64,000 bases of DNA from Escherichia phage Ecwhy_1. The position numbers were made by a program, and so were the translations under genes. Where the stretch lies: the sequence record MH791411.1, one strand, 5' to 3'. Below are positions 1 through 8,784 of this stretch, piece after piece. The notes under the pieces are model-generated. The model saw only the letters and a program-made list of their open reading frames with translations, was not told where the DNA came from and did no database searches. Within the stretch, counting starts at the first letter, position 1. Each line of letters opens with the position of its first letter.

Positions 1-53
1 AGTACTACGTTGTCGTATACGTGTGCATTGATAGTGATTTCGATAGTGTTCAT
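1..53 (-). CDS. hypothetical protein, N-terminal part only (gene runs off window start)
   Basis: ATG at 53 with AGGAG SD upstream; reads MNTIEITINAHVYDNVV; PeSL-like cassette upstream. Confidence 0.4.
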   Translation of the reverse strand, partial: MNTIEITINAHVYDNVV

Positions 54-140
54 GGTGTATCTCCTGGACTTGAGGGGAAACCATTTCCCCCTCTCGATAT
101 AAAACATTATACGTTAATCTAACTACAATGCAAGTACTTT
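54..140 (-). promoter_or_regulatory. PeSL-like cassette: early promoter + stem-loop + SD
   Basis: minus strand TTGCAT/TTGACA -35, TATAAT -10, then GGGGGAAATGGTTTCCCC hairpin just upstream of ATG. Confidence 0.6.
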
Positions 141-332
141 TTAAATTTTATTTCCGATATAGTCCGGCATGTTCTTTTCAGTCATACGCTTTGCTAATGT
201 CTGCATATGGCTTATAGCGTTCAAGGTGTCTTCCTCCAGGGATGAATCGAGATAATCAGGATCATTCTTCACCTTGCAATGATTATGATAGCGTAGTACT
301 GCCAGTACTTTTTTAACTTCTTCTACTGTCAT
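141..332 (-). CDS. hypothetical protein (63 aa)
   Basis: ORF track; ATG overlaps stop of upstream gene (ATGA coupling). Confidence 0.6.
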   Translation of the reverse strand: MTVEEVKKVLAVLRYHNHCKVKNDPDYLDSSLEEDTLNAISHMQTLAKRMTEKNMPDYIGNKI

Positions 333-601
333 AATAAGTACCCCACTTCGTTAGCTTTCAGGTTAGTATCAATCATCAGTGGATTTTTGTAGTTCACAAA
401 ACGAGTAGTTTTCTCGATAGCGAATCCCATATAATCCAGCTTACTAACAGTACATTCATTCTTAAAAACTTCTTTCGCTGCATCGATGGCTGATTGCATG
501 GATAACCGACCATCTAAATTAATGTTTCCAAATGATCCACCAGCAGAAGTAGGATTACCGTTCATATCTTTAATGATCATAGTAGCGGAGTAGCTGGACA
601 T
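329..601 (-). CDS. hypothetical protein (90 aa)
   Basis: ORF track; ATG preceded by AAAGGAAAC SD and PeSL-like cassette. Confidence 0.65.
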   Translation of the reverse strand: MSSYSATMIIKDMNGNPTSAGGSFGNINLDGRLSMQSAIDAAKEVFKNECTVSKLDYMGFAIEKTTRFVNYKNPLMIDTNLKANEVGYLL

Positions 602-690
602 AATTTTGTTTCCTTTTATTGGTGTGGGGAGAACTATTCTCCCCTTGATGTAAACTATTATACAGTACTAAAATACTTTGTCAAATACTT
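602..690 (-). promoter_or_regulatory. PeSL-like cassette
   Basis: TTGACA-17-TATAAT then GGGGAGAATAGTTCTCCCC hairpin (minus strand). Confidence 0.65.
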
Positions 691-1098
691 TTATTCGCCC
701 ATATAGATTAGATTATCATCGCCTACATAGGGATCGCAAACGTTGATTTCTTCACAGTACTTCGTGAATACATCGCCATAGTGACCTAAACCACGATCCC
801 AAAAACCAGTTCCGTGACCTTCGCGGGTAAGGAACAGATCATGACCAGCTTGCTCATAACCGTAATCAATAAACATACCGCGAACTACTTCCAGATCATT
901 ACCGTGTTTCTCAATGAAGCGAGAACATGCAATCACCGCCGCTTGACGTGCTTCATCAGATAACTCATAATCTTCCAGGTAATCGCCGTTATCATTATGT
1001 ACAGTACTGAATTGCATAGCTTCAATGTAAGCTACAACCATTGCAGCATGATTTTTATCGTTAGTGATGTTCCGAGCGAGATTAGTAGTAGTAGACAT
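691..1098 (-). CDS. hypothetical protein (135 aa)
   Basis: ORF track; ATG start; PeSL-like cassette upstream. Confidence 0.65.
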   Translation of the reverse strand: MSTTTNLARNITNDKNHAAMVVAYIEAMQFSTVHNDNGDYLEDYELSDEARQAAVIACSRFIEKHGNDLEVVRGMFIDYGYEQAGHDLFLTREGHGTGFWDRGLGHYGDVFTKYCEEINVCDPYVGDDNLIYMGE

Positions 1099-1181
1099 GA
1101 TTTTATTCCTTATTGTATTGGGGAGAACTATTCTCCCCTTGATGTAAACTATTATACAGTACTGATATACTTTGTCAATAC
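1099..1181 (-). promoter_or_regulatory. PeSL-like cassette
   Basis: TTGACA-17-TATAAT + GGGGAGAA..TTCTCCCC hairpin. Confidence 0.65.
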
Positions 1182-1403
1182 TTAATTACGTTTAAAATGA
1201 TATGTGCCTTTATCATCCTGTACGCCCCATACTGATTTACCATCAACACCAGTGAAGCCGGATTGTAATTCAATATGGAAACCATTATTATCAACTACAA
1301 AAACTTTTTTATTTTCATCCCGATAACATTGATATTCTGAATCAACATTAAAGGCCGCATCATTCAGACGATTGGAAGCGTAAATGCAAGTCATTGTAGT
1401 CAT
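1182..1403 (-). CDS. hypothetical protein (73 aa)
   Basis: track ORF trimmed: first 11 codons are read-through of the hairpin; start MTTMTC after SD. Confidence 0.55.
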   Translation of the reverse strand: MTTMTCIYASNRLNDAAFNVDSEYQCYRDENKKVFVVDNNGFHIELQSGFTGVDGKSVWGVQDDKGTYHFKRN

Positions 1404-1500
1404 GATTTTATTCCTTAATATACCAGGGAGAACCATTCCCCCTCTCGATATAAAACATTATACTTGATTCTAAGTACAATGCAAGTACTTTTTTAAAAAT
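1404..1500 (-). promoter_or_regulatory. PeSL-like cassette
   Basis: TTGCAT-N17-TATAAT + GGGGGAATGGTTCTCCC hairpin. Confidence 0.6.
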
Positions 1501-1504
1501 AGTT

Positions 1505-1627
1505 TTCAGTACTGAATACTTATATAATAGATACACTTCCGCACCCTATGGGTCAGTGAGTTATCTCTCAATGGATATATAATAGCAAAGGGACTGACCG
1601 GAGTCAATCCCTTTTTTTAATCTTTTT
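1505..1627. repeat. conserved ~120-bp intergenic element, copy 1
   Basis: shares AGATACACTnnnGCACCCTRTGGG box and GGGACTGACCGGAGTCAATCCC hairpin + T7 run with copies at 4785 and 8785. Confidence 0.6.
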
Positions 1628-2212
1628 TTATCGTGTTACCTTACTTGCTGCCACATCACGCTTTTTATAGTACTGATTCCAGATATTGCTGGTTAAACCG
1701 TAATCAAGTACTTTAATAAGTCCATTACGATCCTGGCCGATATTCTGTTTTCTGATATCTCTTATCGTTAGTGTTGATAATGTATCATCAACGTGTTGTA
1801 GTGCATCAGCAAAGCGGTGCTGGCGTTCGATTGCATTACGTTTAATATTGTACTTTAATTCATTGCACGCGTTTACGTGCTTCACACTGCCTTTGCTTGC
1901 AGTACTCAACCGATCCATAACGATAAACATATTATCAGGATCGCATAAATGCATATGCACCTTTGCAAAGTACTGTTTCAATTGAGGGCGGTCATAGTCT
2001 AAAAAATTCCATACCTTACATTCAGTTTCATTTTGTTCTACACCCGCATCACAATTCGCGACCTTAATCACTAACCGATCATTTAAAGCGAAAACTATAC
2101 GGGAAGAACCAGCACCGATGATCTCCAGGCCAGCTAACCGACAAGCTGAAAGGATCTCTTTGTTGGTTTCCATTTCTGACAGTGTACGGATGAATTTAGT
2201 ATAATTACGCAT
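1628..2212 (-). CDS. protein kinase-like protein (194 aa)
   Basis: track ORF starts at TTG inside promoter; ATG (MRNYTKF) follows AAGGAG; IGAGSSRIVF..VIKVA and RDIRKQN..VLDYG resemble kinase G-loop/Lys/catalytic loop/DFG. Confidence 0.5.
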   Translation of the reverse strand: MRNYTKFIRTLSEMETNKEILSACRLAGLEIIGAGSSRIVFALNDRLVIKVANCDAGVEQNETECKVWNFLDYDRPQLKQYFAKVHMHLCDPDNMFIVMDRLSTASKGSVKHVNACNELKYNIKRNAIERQHRFADALQHVDDTLSTLTIRDIRKQNIGQDRNGLIKVLDYGLTSNIWNQYYKKRDVAASKVTR

Positions 2213-2243
2213 TGCATGTTCTCCTTGAGTTAATGAAACTATA

Positions 2244-2486
2244 TTACAGTACTTTACTATCAATGGCAACTACTTTTTTAACATTAACGGCGTGGATCAC
2301 TTCCTTCGTGTTTTTAGTACTGAATACTTTCGCCGCTCCTTGTTCGACCGTGATACGATAGCGACCATTAACATCAACCATATTAATAAAGTCCGGCGTG
2401 CTGAATGGTGTTGTTTTACATTTGAGTACTGTTAACAGTTCCACCAGCGATGTAGTTTCTTTGATACGTTTTTCTAAAGTAATCAT
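2244..2486 (-). CDS. hypothetical protein (80 aa)
   Basis: track ORF trimmed to MITLEKR; upstream 19 codons are promoter read-through. Confidence 0.5.
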   Translation of the reverse strand: MITLEKRIKETTSLVELLTVLKCKTTPFSTPDFINMVDVNGRYRITVEQGAAKVFSTKNTKEVIHAVNVKKVVAIDSKVL

Positions 2487-2543
2487 TTTGTTTCCCCCGT
2501 GTTGGTATGTACATATAGTACTAAAACATTTGAGTACTGTCAA

Positions 2544-2762
2544 TTAGATAATATTATATTTCTTAAAATAAAATGCGTCCTGTGTTGGTTGATACTCGAT
2601 ACCGTTACCGTTATTGACTTCAACTAATAAACCTTTGTCAATTAGTTTTTTAATAGTACGATACCCTTGTTGAAAATTGGTAAAATGTGAATCATTACGA
2701 AAGGTATAACCGTGCTTAACTGCTTCATCAATAGTTTTCTTTTCGATTTTAGATAATTTCAT
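2544..2762 (-). CDS. hypothetical protein (72 aa)
   Basis: track ORF trimmed to MKLSKIEK; promoter-leader duplicated from the 2244 gene. Confidence 0.5.
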   Translation of the reverse strand: MKLSKIEKKTIDEAVKHGYTFRNDSHFTNFQQGYRTIKKLIDKGLLVEVNNGNGIEYQPTQDAFYFKKYNII

Positions 2763-2815
2763 TTTGTTTCTCCCGTGTTGGTATGTGTACATAGTACTAA
2801 AACAATTGAGTACTG

Positions 2816-3070
2816 TCAACGTGATATTAGTTTTATTTTCTTATTGTATTGTTGATGCTCATAAAGGTTTATCTTTCCTGTGTTCTCGATTACTATCCTG
2901 TTGTTAGTGTCCACGTCGATTACACGCAGTTTCCCGTTGCTTAACTTCCTAGGTAATAGGTTACCATTAATAAACTCATTAGCAAGCTGTACGGCCTTTG
3001 TGATGATTCTCTGAGGTGCTTTATAGTGTACCCGTAAGATGTTATCTTTATATAGTTGAACCTTAATCAT
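2816..3070 (-). CDS. hypothetical protein (84 aa)
   Basis: ORF track; ATG after AGGACAAACAAA. Confidence 0.55.
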   Translation of the reverse strand: MIKVQLYKDNILRVHYKAPQRIITKAVQLANEFINGNLLPRKLSNGKLRVIDVDTNNRIVIENTGKINLYEHQQYNKKIKLISR

Positions 3071-3084
3071 TTTGTTTGTCCTAT

Positions 3085-3115
3085 AAAAAAGGCGGGAACT
3101 GATCCCGCCGTGTTG
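3085..3115 (-). terminator. rho-independent terminator candidate
   Basis: GGCGGGATCAGTTCCCGCC hairpin followed by TTTTTT on minus strand after stop of 3132 gene. Confidence 0.6.
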
Positions 3116-3131
3116 TTAGTACTGCAAGTTA

Positions 3132-3527
3132 TTAGATAACCTGGCGGCGTTTACTGTATACTGTTACACGATTACCCTTACGATCATGTCGGATCTCTTT
3201 CTGGTTGCGAATCAGTTCACTTGGACGCTTAAGGTTTGCCAGGTGATCCGCGTGAGTCCATGCGGTGTGGTTTACCTGTACTTTGATATCAGAATCAGCG
3301 ATAAACTCATCTTGTGCGTCAAGTATTGCCGCCAGCATATCCGCTCGTTTTAGTTCTGCTGCTGTCAGTACTGGCTCAGGTGAATTCACAATATCAGAGA
3401 TTTCTTTGAACTGTACGGCCCAGCGTTGACCTTTCGTTGCATCTTTGCCCATGTCTTTAAATGCTGCTCCTTCCTCGCGTGCAACAATACGGGCAGCTTC
3501 ACGGGTAGCGTAGAATTTAGTAATCAT
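3132..3527 (-). CDS. hypothetical protein; paralog of 16542-16808
   Basis: shared KYFATREQARIAAR..GATFKDMG..DRKGNRVTVY; start set at MITKF after AGGA. Confidence 0.6.
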   Translation of the reverse strand: MITKFYATREAARIVAREEGAAFKDMGKDATKGQRWAVQFKEISDIVNSPEPVLTAAELKRADMLAAILDAQDEFIADSDIKVQVNHTAWTHADHLANLKRPSELIRNQKEIRHDRKGNRVTVYSKRRQVI

Positions 3528-3622
3528 GGTATACATCCTATTAGTTGAGTTAGTACTACAAGTTAGAGTCTATTATAAAGTACTATCTGGGCAATGTCAA
3601 ATAGTACTTTAAATGGATTCTA

Positions 3623-3946
3623 TTACATGTCTTTCTTACGTTTTACATCGTGGTAGCGAACTGTTATTTCTTTGTTGATCTCTTCCTCGATGCGATGAAT
3701 AACTTTTTCTTTCGGGTTGAAACCTATAACGGTTTCTTTAATGATCTCCAAGCCCGTGTATTCGCCTTGTGTACCGTAACCGTATGTAAAGGTTTCGTGT
3801 CCCAGGTCTTCCCAGCGGTCGCCAATTAACGCAGACACGTAGCAAGAGTGGTAAGTATTGCCGTGTGAATCAGTCCACCGATTAACGTTAATGTCAAAGG
3901 AGGTTACAATTTTCAATTCTACTTTCTGGGCAAGGATCATAGCCAT
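3623..3946 (-). CDS. hypothetical protein; paralog of 10466-10789
   Basis: shared RWTDSxGNTYHSCxVS..TYGY..VKRKKD; ATG start. Confidence 0.65.
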   Translation of the reverse strand: MAMILAQKVELKIVTSFDINVNRWTDSHGNTYHSCYVSALIGDRWEDLGHETFTYGYGTQGEYTGLEIIKETVIGFNPKEKVIHRIEEEINKEITVRYHDVKRKKDM

Positions 3947-4033
3947 TTTTATTTCTCTCTCTTTGTTAGGAGGGGAACCATTCCCCTCGCTTGATGTAAA
4001 CTATTATACAGTACTAAGATACTTTGTCAATAC
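3947..4033 (-). promoter_or_regulatory. PeSL-like cassette
   Basis: TTGACA-17-TATAAT + GGGGAATGGTTCCCC hairpin. Confidence 0.65.
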
Positions 4034-4216
4034 TTATTTTTTGGAAAGTTTACGCATTAATTCTACGCTTTCTTGTGAACGTTTTGCTACCTGGCAAGCT
4101 GTATGGGCAGTAAACATTTTTGTATAGTCTGACGCTTTGCCACCGAACCGAGCGGCACGTTCACGGGCACTTGGAACTAATACTATTTCTTTATTACAGA
4201 TAGTGCACTTAGCCAT
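4034..4216 (-). CDS. hypothetical small Cys-containing protein (60 aa)
   Basis: trimmed to MAKCTICNK; CxxC near N-terminus. Confidence 0.55.
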   Translation of the reverse strand: MAKCTICNKEIVLVPSARERAARFGGKASDYTKMFTAHTACQVAKRSQESVELMRKLSKK

Positions 4217-4304
4217 TTTTATTTCTCTCTCTTTGTTAGGAGGGGAACCGTTTCCCCTCACTTGATGTAAACTATTATACAGTACTAAGATACTTTGTCA
4301 ATAC
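4217..4304 (-). promoter_or_regulatory. PeSL-like cassette
   Basis: TTGACA-17-TATAAT + GGGGAAACGGTTCCCC hairpin. Confidence 0.65.
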
Positions 4305-4580
4305 TTAAGTATTGTAAATGTCGTGAATAGTGATAAAGTTTTTACGACCGTAAACATGTAAATCAGTATCAATGTAGTGCTTATCAAGTACATCCTCGAC
4401 GCTTAAAGACGTGTCGTGAATATCTTCATAAAATTGTGGATCAACAATCGTGCTTAAGTCATCTGGCGTTAACTTATCGTTAAGGCATTGAACCGCCTGG
4501 ATATCTGCTTCACGTTTCCATTGTTCCAGATTAGTAGTCAGTACTTGCTCGATTTCGTTAGCTGTAAGTAAAGTCCGCAT
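4305..4580 (-). CDS. hypothetical protein (91 aa)
   Basis: ORF track; ATG after AAGGAAAC. Confidence 0.6.
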   Translation of the reverse strand: MRTLLTANEIEQVLTTNLEQWKREADIQAVQCLNDKLTPDDLSTIVDPQFYEDIHDTSLSVEDVLDKHYIDTDLHVYGRKNFITIHDIYNT

Positions 4581-4600
4581 TTTAATGTTTCCTTATCAGT

Positions 4601-4740
4601 GGTTGATGTAAGTATTATACTCGTTTACTTTCTATTGTCAAACTATTTTATCAGGGGAGTTTTTCGTATGTCTTACTCCTGGACTACTTAACGGGGTTAC
4701 TTATTTCGTTCCCCGTCCTGATGTAAAACATTATACTTGA
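4601..4740 (-). repeat. duplicated structured leader, copy A (copy B at 15826-15960)
   Basis: ~140 bp near-identical; two hairpins (ACGGGG..CCCCGT; CAGGAGT..ACTCCCCTG) between tandem promoters. Confidence 0.6.
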
Positions 4741-4784
4741 TTCTAAGTACAATGCAAGTACTTTTTTAAAAATAGTTTTCAGTA

Positions 4785-4895
4785 CTAGCCACCAGCAAAC
4801 AATAGATACATTTATGCACCCTGTGGGCTAATTTGTTTCTATGCGTATATAATAGCAAAGGGACTGACCGGAGTCAATCCCTTTTTCAAATATTT
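4785..4895. repeat. conserved ~120-bp intergenic element, copy 2
   Basis: GCACCCTGTGGGC box + GGGACTGACCGGAGTCAATCCC hairpin + T-run. Confidence 0.6.
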
Positions 4896-5045
4896 TTAAA
4901 CTTCTTTCGGGTTGCGATATGTGATAGCGTTCGGGTACATTTGTTTAATGTTATTCCATGCCTGGTTAACATTATAACCACTTGATCGAATCAGTTGGTT
5001 ATTACCGACACCTTGAAACACTACTTCAAATAAGAATTCTTTCAT
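4896..5045 (-). CDS. hypothetical small protein (49 aa; below track cutoff)
   Basis: ATG overlaps stop of 5042 gene (ATGA); reads MKEFLFEVVFQGVGNNQLIR. Confidence 0.4.
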   Translation of the reverse strand: MKEFLFEVVFQGVGNNQLIRSSGYNVNQAWNNIKQMYPNAITYRNPKEV

Positions 5046-5215
5046 GCTTTCACCTCTCGATCTGCTTTGCCTTTACGCCAGGCCGTTGCTAATTGTTCGC
5101 GTTGCCATAAGTCGAGTGATACGTAAAGTTTTGCATTATCACCCTTCGGATATTCGCCAGTAGTACCAATCCGATAAAACAGATCTTTCAGTACTGTTAA
5201 TTCTACCTGGACCAT
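5042..5215 (-). CDS. hypothetical protein (57 aa)
   Basis: trimmed to MVQVELT after hairpin read-through. Confidence 0.5.
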   Translation of the reverse strand: MVQVELTVLKDLFYRIGTTGEYPKGDNAKLYVSLDLWQREQLATAWRKGKADREVKA

Positions 5216-5302
5216 TATACTTTCCTCTTTGTTAGGAGGGGAACTATTCCCCTTCCGATATAAAACATTATACACTTTATTCAGTACTGTGCAAGTACTT
5301 TT
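5216..5302 (-). promoter_or_regulatory. PeSL-like cassette
   Basis: promoter + GGGGAATAGTTCCCC hairpin. Confidence 0.6.
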
Positions 5303-5515
5303 TTAATCTTTCAGCCAATGATCCTGAATGAATTTTTCACCGGAACCTTGCTGCATTGATTGTAACAGACGTTCGCGATGAGCGGCGGCGAATTGCTCAG
5401 TACTATGCGTTACACCTGGTTGATATCTGGATTCACCATTTGGGGCGATGTATTGTACATCCCACGGTTTTTCGTTAGTATCAGACCATTTACGAACGAT
5501 TAGTTGACCTTGCAT
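5303..5515 (-). CDS. hypothetical protein (70 aa)
   Basis: ORF track; ATG start. Confidence 0.6.
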   Translation of the reverse strand: MQGQLIVRKWSDTNEKPWDVQYIAPNGESRYQPGVTHSTEQFAAAHRERLLQSMQQGSGEKFIQDHWLKD

Positions 5516-5598
5516 TTTTCTTTCCTCTTAGTGGGGAGAATCATTTCTCCCCTTCATGTAAACTATTATACAGTACTGGATTGCATTGTCAATAGTTT
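5516..5598 (-). promoter_or_regulatory. PeSL-like cassette
   Basis: TTGACA-17-TATAAT + GGGGAGAAATGATTCTCCCC hairpin. Confidence 0.65.
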
Positions 5599-5922
5599 TT
5601 ATTCACCTTGTTTGAATATAGTTTTCTCCATTGATTCCATGATTGCAACCAATACAGCATGGATCTCACTTAACGCGGCATCACTAAAAGCATTAATGAA
5701 TAGGCAATCATTCTCGCGAATATTTTTAATGTACTTATCAGCAGTGGTTGCGAATTCATTCAACGGCAGATCAAATGCTTTATCCCATAATGGATGGCGT
5801 AACTGTAACAGTACTGGATTATCACGATCACCAGGGGAAAACGTACCAGTGATGAAACATACGCCCGGAATACTTTCGAACTGGCAACGGACTTCCTTTG
5901 TGATAGTAGTATGAATGTACAT
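5599..5922 (-). CDS. hypothetical protein (107 aa)
   Basis: ORF track; GAGGA SD. Confidence 0.6.
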   Translation of the reverse strand: MYIHTTITKEVRCQFESIPGVCFITGTFSPGDRDNPVLLQLRHPLWDKAFDLPLNEFATTADKYIKNIRENDCLFINAFSDAALSEIHAVLVAIMESMEKTIFKQGE

Positions 5923-5949
5923 TTATTGTTATCCTCTATTAAATTAATA

Positions 5950-6138
5950 TTACAGTTTATGAATTAATTCTTTATCTAAGCGATAGCGTACATTATTAAT
6001 GGTAACAGCATTATTTTTAATGCTACGCTGTACGGGTCCACCAGCAATAACAAACGTTGCTTTATTGCCCCGAACAATGATAGCACTTCCAGGATTACCG
6101 AAATCATCTTGTACTAAAATACTTGATAAGTTTTCCAT
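5950..6138 (-). CDS. hypothetical protein (62 aa)
   Basis: ORF track. Confidence 0.55.
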   Translation of the reverse strand: MENLSSILVQDDFGNPGSAIIVRGNKATFVIAGGPVQRSIKNNAVTINNVRYRLDKELIHKL

Positions 6139-6216
6139 TTTTATTTCCTCTTAGTAGGGGAAGATGTTTCCCCTTGATGCAAGTACTATAACAGTACTGA
6201 AAACTAAATGCAAGTA
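6139..6216 (-). promoter_or_regulatory. PeSL-like cassette
   Basis: promoter + GGGGAAACATCTTCCCC hairpin. Confidence 0.6.
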
Positions 6217-6573
6217 CTATGATAAAATCATGATAGGATATTCACTATCTATCAATACCTCGAATCCGAAACCTTCGTACCATTCTTTAAGATTAAAGGC
6301 GTTATCTTCTCCCGTATCGCATTCTAAGATGATACAATCTGAATCATCGGCGGCATCAATAAAGGCATTCATTAATTCGTTACCTTCACCATTGCCCCGA
6401 CTATCAGGATCAACATAAAGAGAATCAATAAACGCTACACGGTCATAATCAAGATCCGGTGCAATGATTCCACGTTTAACAAACCAGTACTGCAATTGTG
6501 CTACTTTGCCCTGTACTTGATAGCCAGTGATCTCGCCATTGTCAGTAGTACGCGTGATATGTTGTATTCCCAT
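6217..6573 (-). CDS. hypothetical protein (118 aa)
   Basis: ORF track; TTGACA-17-TATAAT promoter and GAGGAT SD upstream. Confidence 0.6.
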   Translation of the reverse strand: MGIQHITRTTDNGEITGYQVQGKVAQLQYWFVKRGIIAPDLDYDRVAFIDSLYVDPDSRGNGEGNELMNAFIDAADDSDCIILECDTGEDNAFNLKEWYEGFGFEVLIDSEYPIMILS

Positions 6574-6636
6574 GATTACTATCCTCAGTTAAGATATAAA
6601 ACATTATACACTATCTTTCAGTACTGTCAATACTTT

Positions 6637-6894
6637 TTATCTCATAGATCTATGCCAACAATTACGCGGATCTCTTTTAAAAGTACTATCATGATCCTCC
6701 TGGCAAGTAATACAATACATGCACCCTATAACGGCCTGGCGTCGATTCTCAGGGATTTTATCGCCGCAGTCGAGGCAATGTACAAGTGATTCTCTTTGTG
6801 CGTTAATTTGCTTTCTAGCGTGGTTAACGGCGGCCTGAATCACTGCATGAATCTCGTCTTGTTCGGCCCCGTCTTTCGCGTATCCTACTGCCAT
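6637..6894 (-). CDS. TraR/DksA-family C4 zinc-finger protein (85 aa)
   Basis: CLDCGDKIPENRRQAVIGCMYCITC = CxxC-x17-CxxC with conserved IPxxRR. Confidence 0.65.
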   Translation of the reverse strand: MAVGYAKDGAEQDEIHAVIQAAVNHARKQINAQRESLVHCLDCGDKIPENRRQAVIGCMYCITCQEDHDSTFKRDPRNCWHRSMR

Positions 6895-7056
6895 TATTTT
6901 AACCTCATTATAAAAATACTATAGTACTGTAATGCTACAATAATACTACTAGTGTTTATCTTATTCAAACCATATGATACTACATATCCACCAGCATTAC
7001 CACGAATAGTAACGCCTTTGTACTGTCTATATAAATTCAACTGCGTATATTGCCTT

Positions 7057-7129
7057 TGATCAAGAATTGATCAGAATTATACGCCTTATGCTAAATTGAT
7101 CCAGTACTTTTTTGATCATTTATTGATCG
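7057..7129. promoter_or_regulatory. cluster of five TGATC(A) / GATC sites
   Basis: five GATC within ~73 bp in an intergenic region. Confidence 0.5.
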
Positions 7130-7223
7130 ATATTATATAGTTACATTTGTGCACCCTATGGGTTAGTGACGTTCTCGTCTTGATGTAAGTATTATGCCAG
7201 TACTGGAGGATATTGTCAATAGA

Positions 7224-7421
7224 TTATTTTAATTTTTTTCTGTCATTGATTAATGCTTTCAGTACTATACTAATAACTTGCAATGATTCATCAATGACAA
7301 TGAAATTATTCTCTTTCATTAGATGATAGTTACCATTGATTGTATATTCTAACGAGTACTGTTTACGTTTAATTTTTGATAATGTTTCTATTTGTTTTTG
7401 TACTGATTTCATGCTAATCAT
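7224..7421 (-). CDS. hypothetical protein (65 aa)
   Basis: track ORF starts at TTG; ATG (MISMKS) two codons downstream. Confidence 0.5.
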   Translation of the reverse strand: MISMKSVQKQIETLSKIKRKQYSLEYTINGNYHLMKENNFIVIDESLQVISIVLKALINDRKKLK

Positions 7422-7489
7422 TGTCAAACGTCCTGTAACGCATTCTAACGAGATAAACGGTTTAGTACTGGCATTGTATAGGGTAAATG

Positions 7490-7527
7490 ATTAAAGCCCA
7501 CCAGCGTTAACCAGTGGGCTATAATAT
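7490..7527 (-). terminator. rho-independent terminator candidate
   Basis: AGCCCACTGG..CTGGTGGGCT hairpin + T-run (minus). Confidence 0.5.
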
Positions 7528-8023
7528 TACATCTTGCGGATAATCTTAACAGTATCTTTCACCGATTTACCGTTTTGCTGACATTGCTCGATCATCGCGT
7601 ATTGTTCTGCGGTCAGATCCTCGCCAGTTTTTGCCAGTACTGCGTCGATGAATGAATCCAGTGCGATCATTTTATTTCTCTCTTAGGTTAAGTTAACTAC
7701 TGTTTATAAAACTTATTATACAGTACTATCAATCTATGTCAATAGTACTGGTAATATATTTTAGCGGTAGTCGTCGTATGCTTTATTCACCTGGCGAATA
7801 TAACTTTCAAAGGCTTCGTCTACCGTTTCATACTCCCGAACATAATCACCATATGAAACTACATACATACCTTTTTGATCTTCAAACGTCATGATGATAG
7901 AATCCAGACCAACGATTTCAGTTTTTGCGATGATAGCCATTTTTTAATTCCTTAGTAGTGTAGTTGATAAAAGTTATTATGTCAGTACTATCAAACTATG
8001 TCAATAGTACTGTGATAATATTT

Positions 8024-8236
8024 TTAGTTAATGATAGTCAGTGTAAAATTGTAATCACCGCAGCGATATAGCACGTTATTCCCAAATGTCCCAACTAATC
8101 GCACATCACACAAAACGCCGGTTTTTTCTTTTACTTCCTTGATACTTGTAACTCCTGTAATATCTTTATTAAAGTATTCATGATCTGAAAATAAAACTTG
8201 TTTTGCATTTTTTAATTTCGACCGGATATTAGCCAT
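8024..8236 (-). CDS. hypothetical protein (70 aa)
   Basis: ORF track; PeSL-like cassette upstream. Confidence 0.6.
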   Translation of the reverse strand: MANIRSKLKNAKQVLFSDHEYFNKDITGVTSIKEVKEKTGVLCDVRLVGTFGNNVLYRCGDYNFTLTIIN

Positions 8237-8332
8237 TTTGTTTTCTCTCTCTGTTAGTGGGGAGAAGTTTTTCTCCCCTTGATGTAAACTATTATACAGT
8301 ACTATAATCTATTGTCAAACTATTTTTTTATA
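8237..8332 (-). promoter_or_regulatory. PeSL-like cassette
   Basis: TTGACA-17-TATAAT + GGGGAGAAAAACTTCTCCCC hairpin. Confidence 0.65.
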
Positions 8333-8674
8333 TTATTCGAAATCTTCTGGACCGGACTGATAATCATCTTCACCGTATGCACTTTCTAACCGCTCGCCAG
8401 TGTGATCATCAGTTAGTGAGTCATCCTCATAGTTCACGTCTACGCCAGTGATGTAAAACTGGCTATCGTCTGGATCATTGAAATTAATTTTCTGTATGTT
8501 TACAATAACTGTATTGATGCCCAGGACACCGCCATCAGCCGTTACAAAGTACTGATAGTTTTCGCAACCGCCTGAATTGAAACCGTAATTAATTTCGGCC
8601 CGACCATCATTTAAACGCAGTGCCTGGGCGATGATTTCGTTTTCAAAGTTAGATTGAGCAATTGAGATAGTCAT
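8333..8674 (-). CDS. hypothetical protein (113 aa)
   Basis: trimmed to MTISIAQ after hairpin read-through. Confidence 0.55.
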   Translation of the reverse strand: MTISIAQSNFENEIIAQALRLNDGRAEINYGFNSGGCENYQYFVTADGGVLGINTVIVNIQKINFNDPDDSQFYITGVDVNYEDDSLTDDHTGERLESAYGEDDYQSGPEDFE

Positions 8675-8760
8675 GATTTGTTTCCTTATTACCAGGGGAA
8701 ACCGTTTCCCCCTCTCGATGTAAAACATTATACGCTTATTGAGATAGTTTGCAAGTACTT
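8675..8760 (-). promoter_or_regulatory. PeSL-like cassette
   Basis: promoter + GGGGGAAACGGTTTCCCC hairpin. Confidence 0.6.
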
Positions 8761-8784
8761 TCTACAAATACTTTTAAAATAGTT

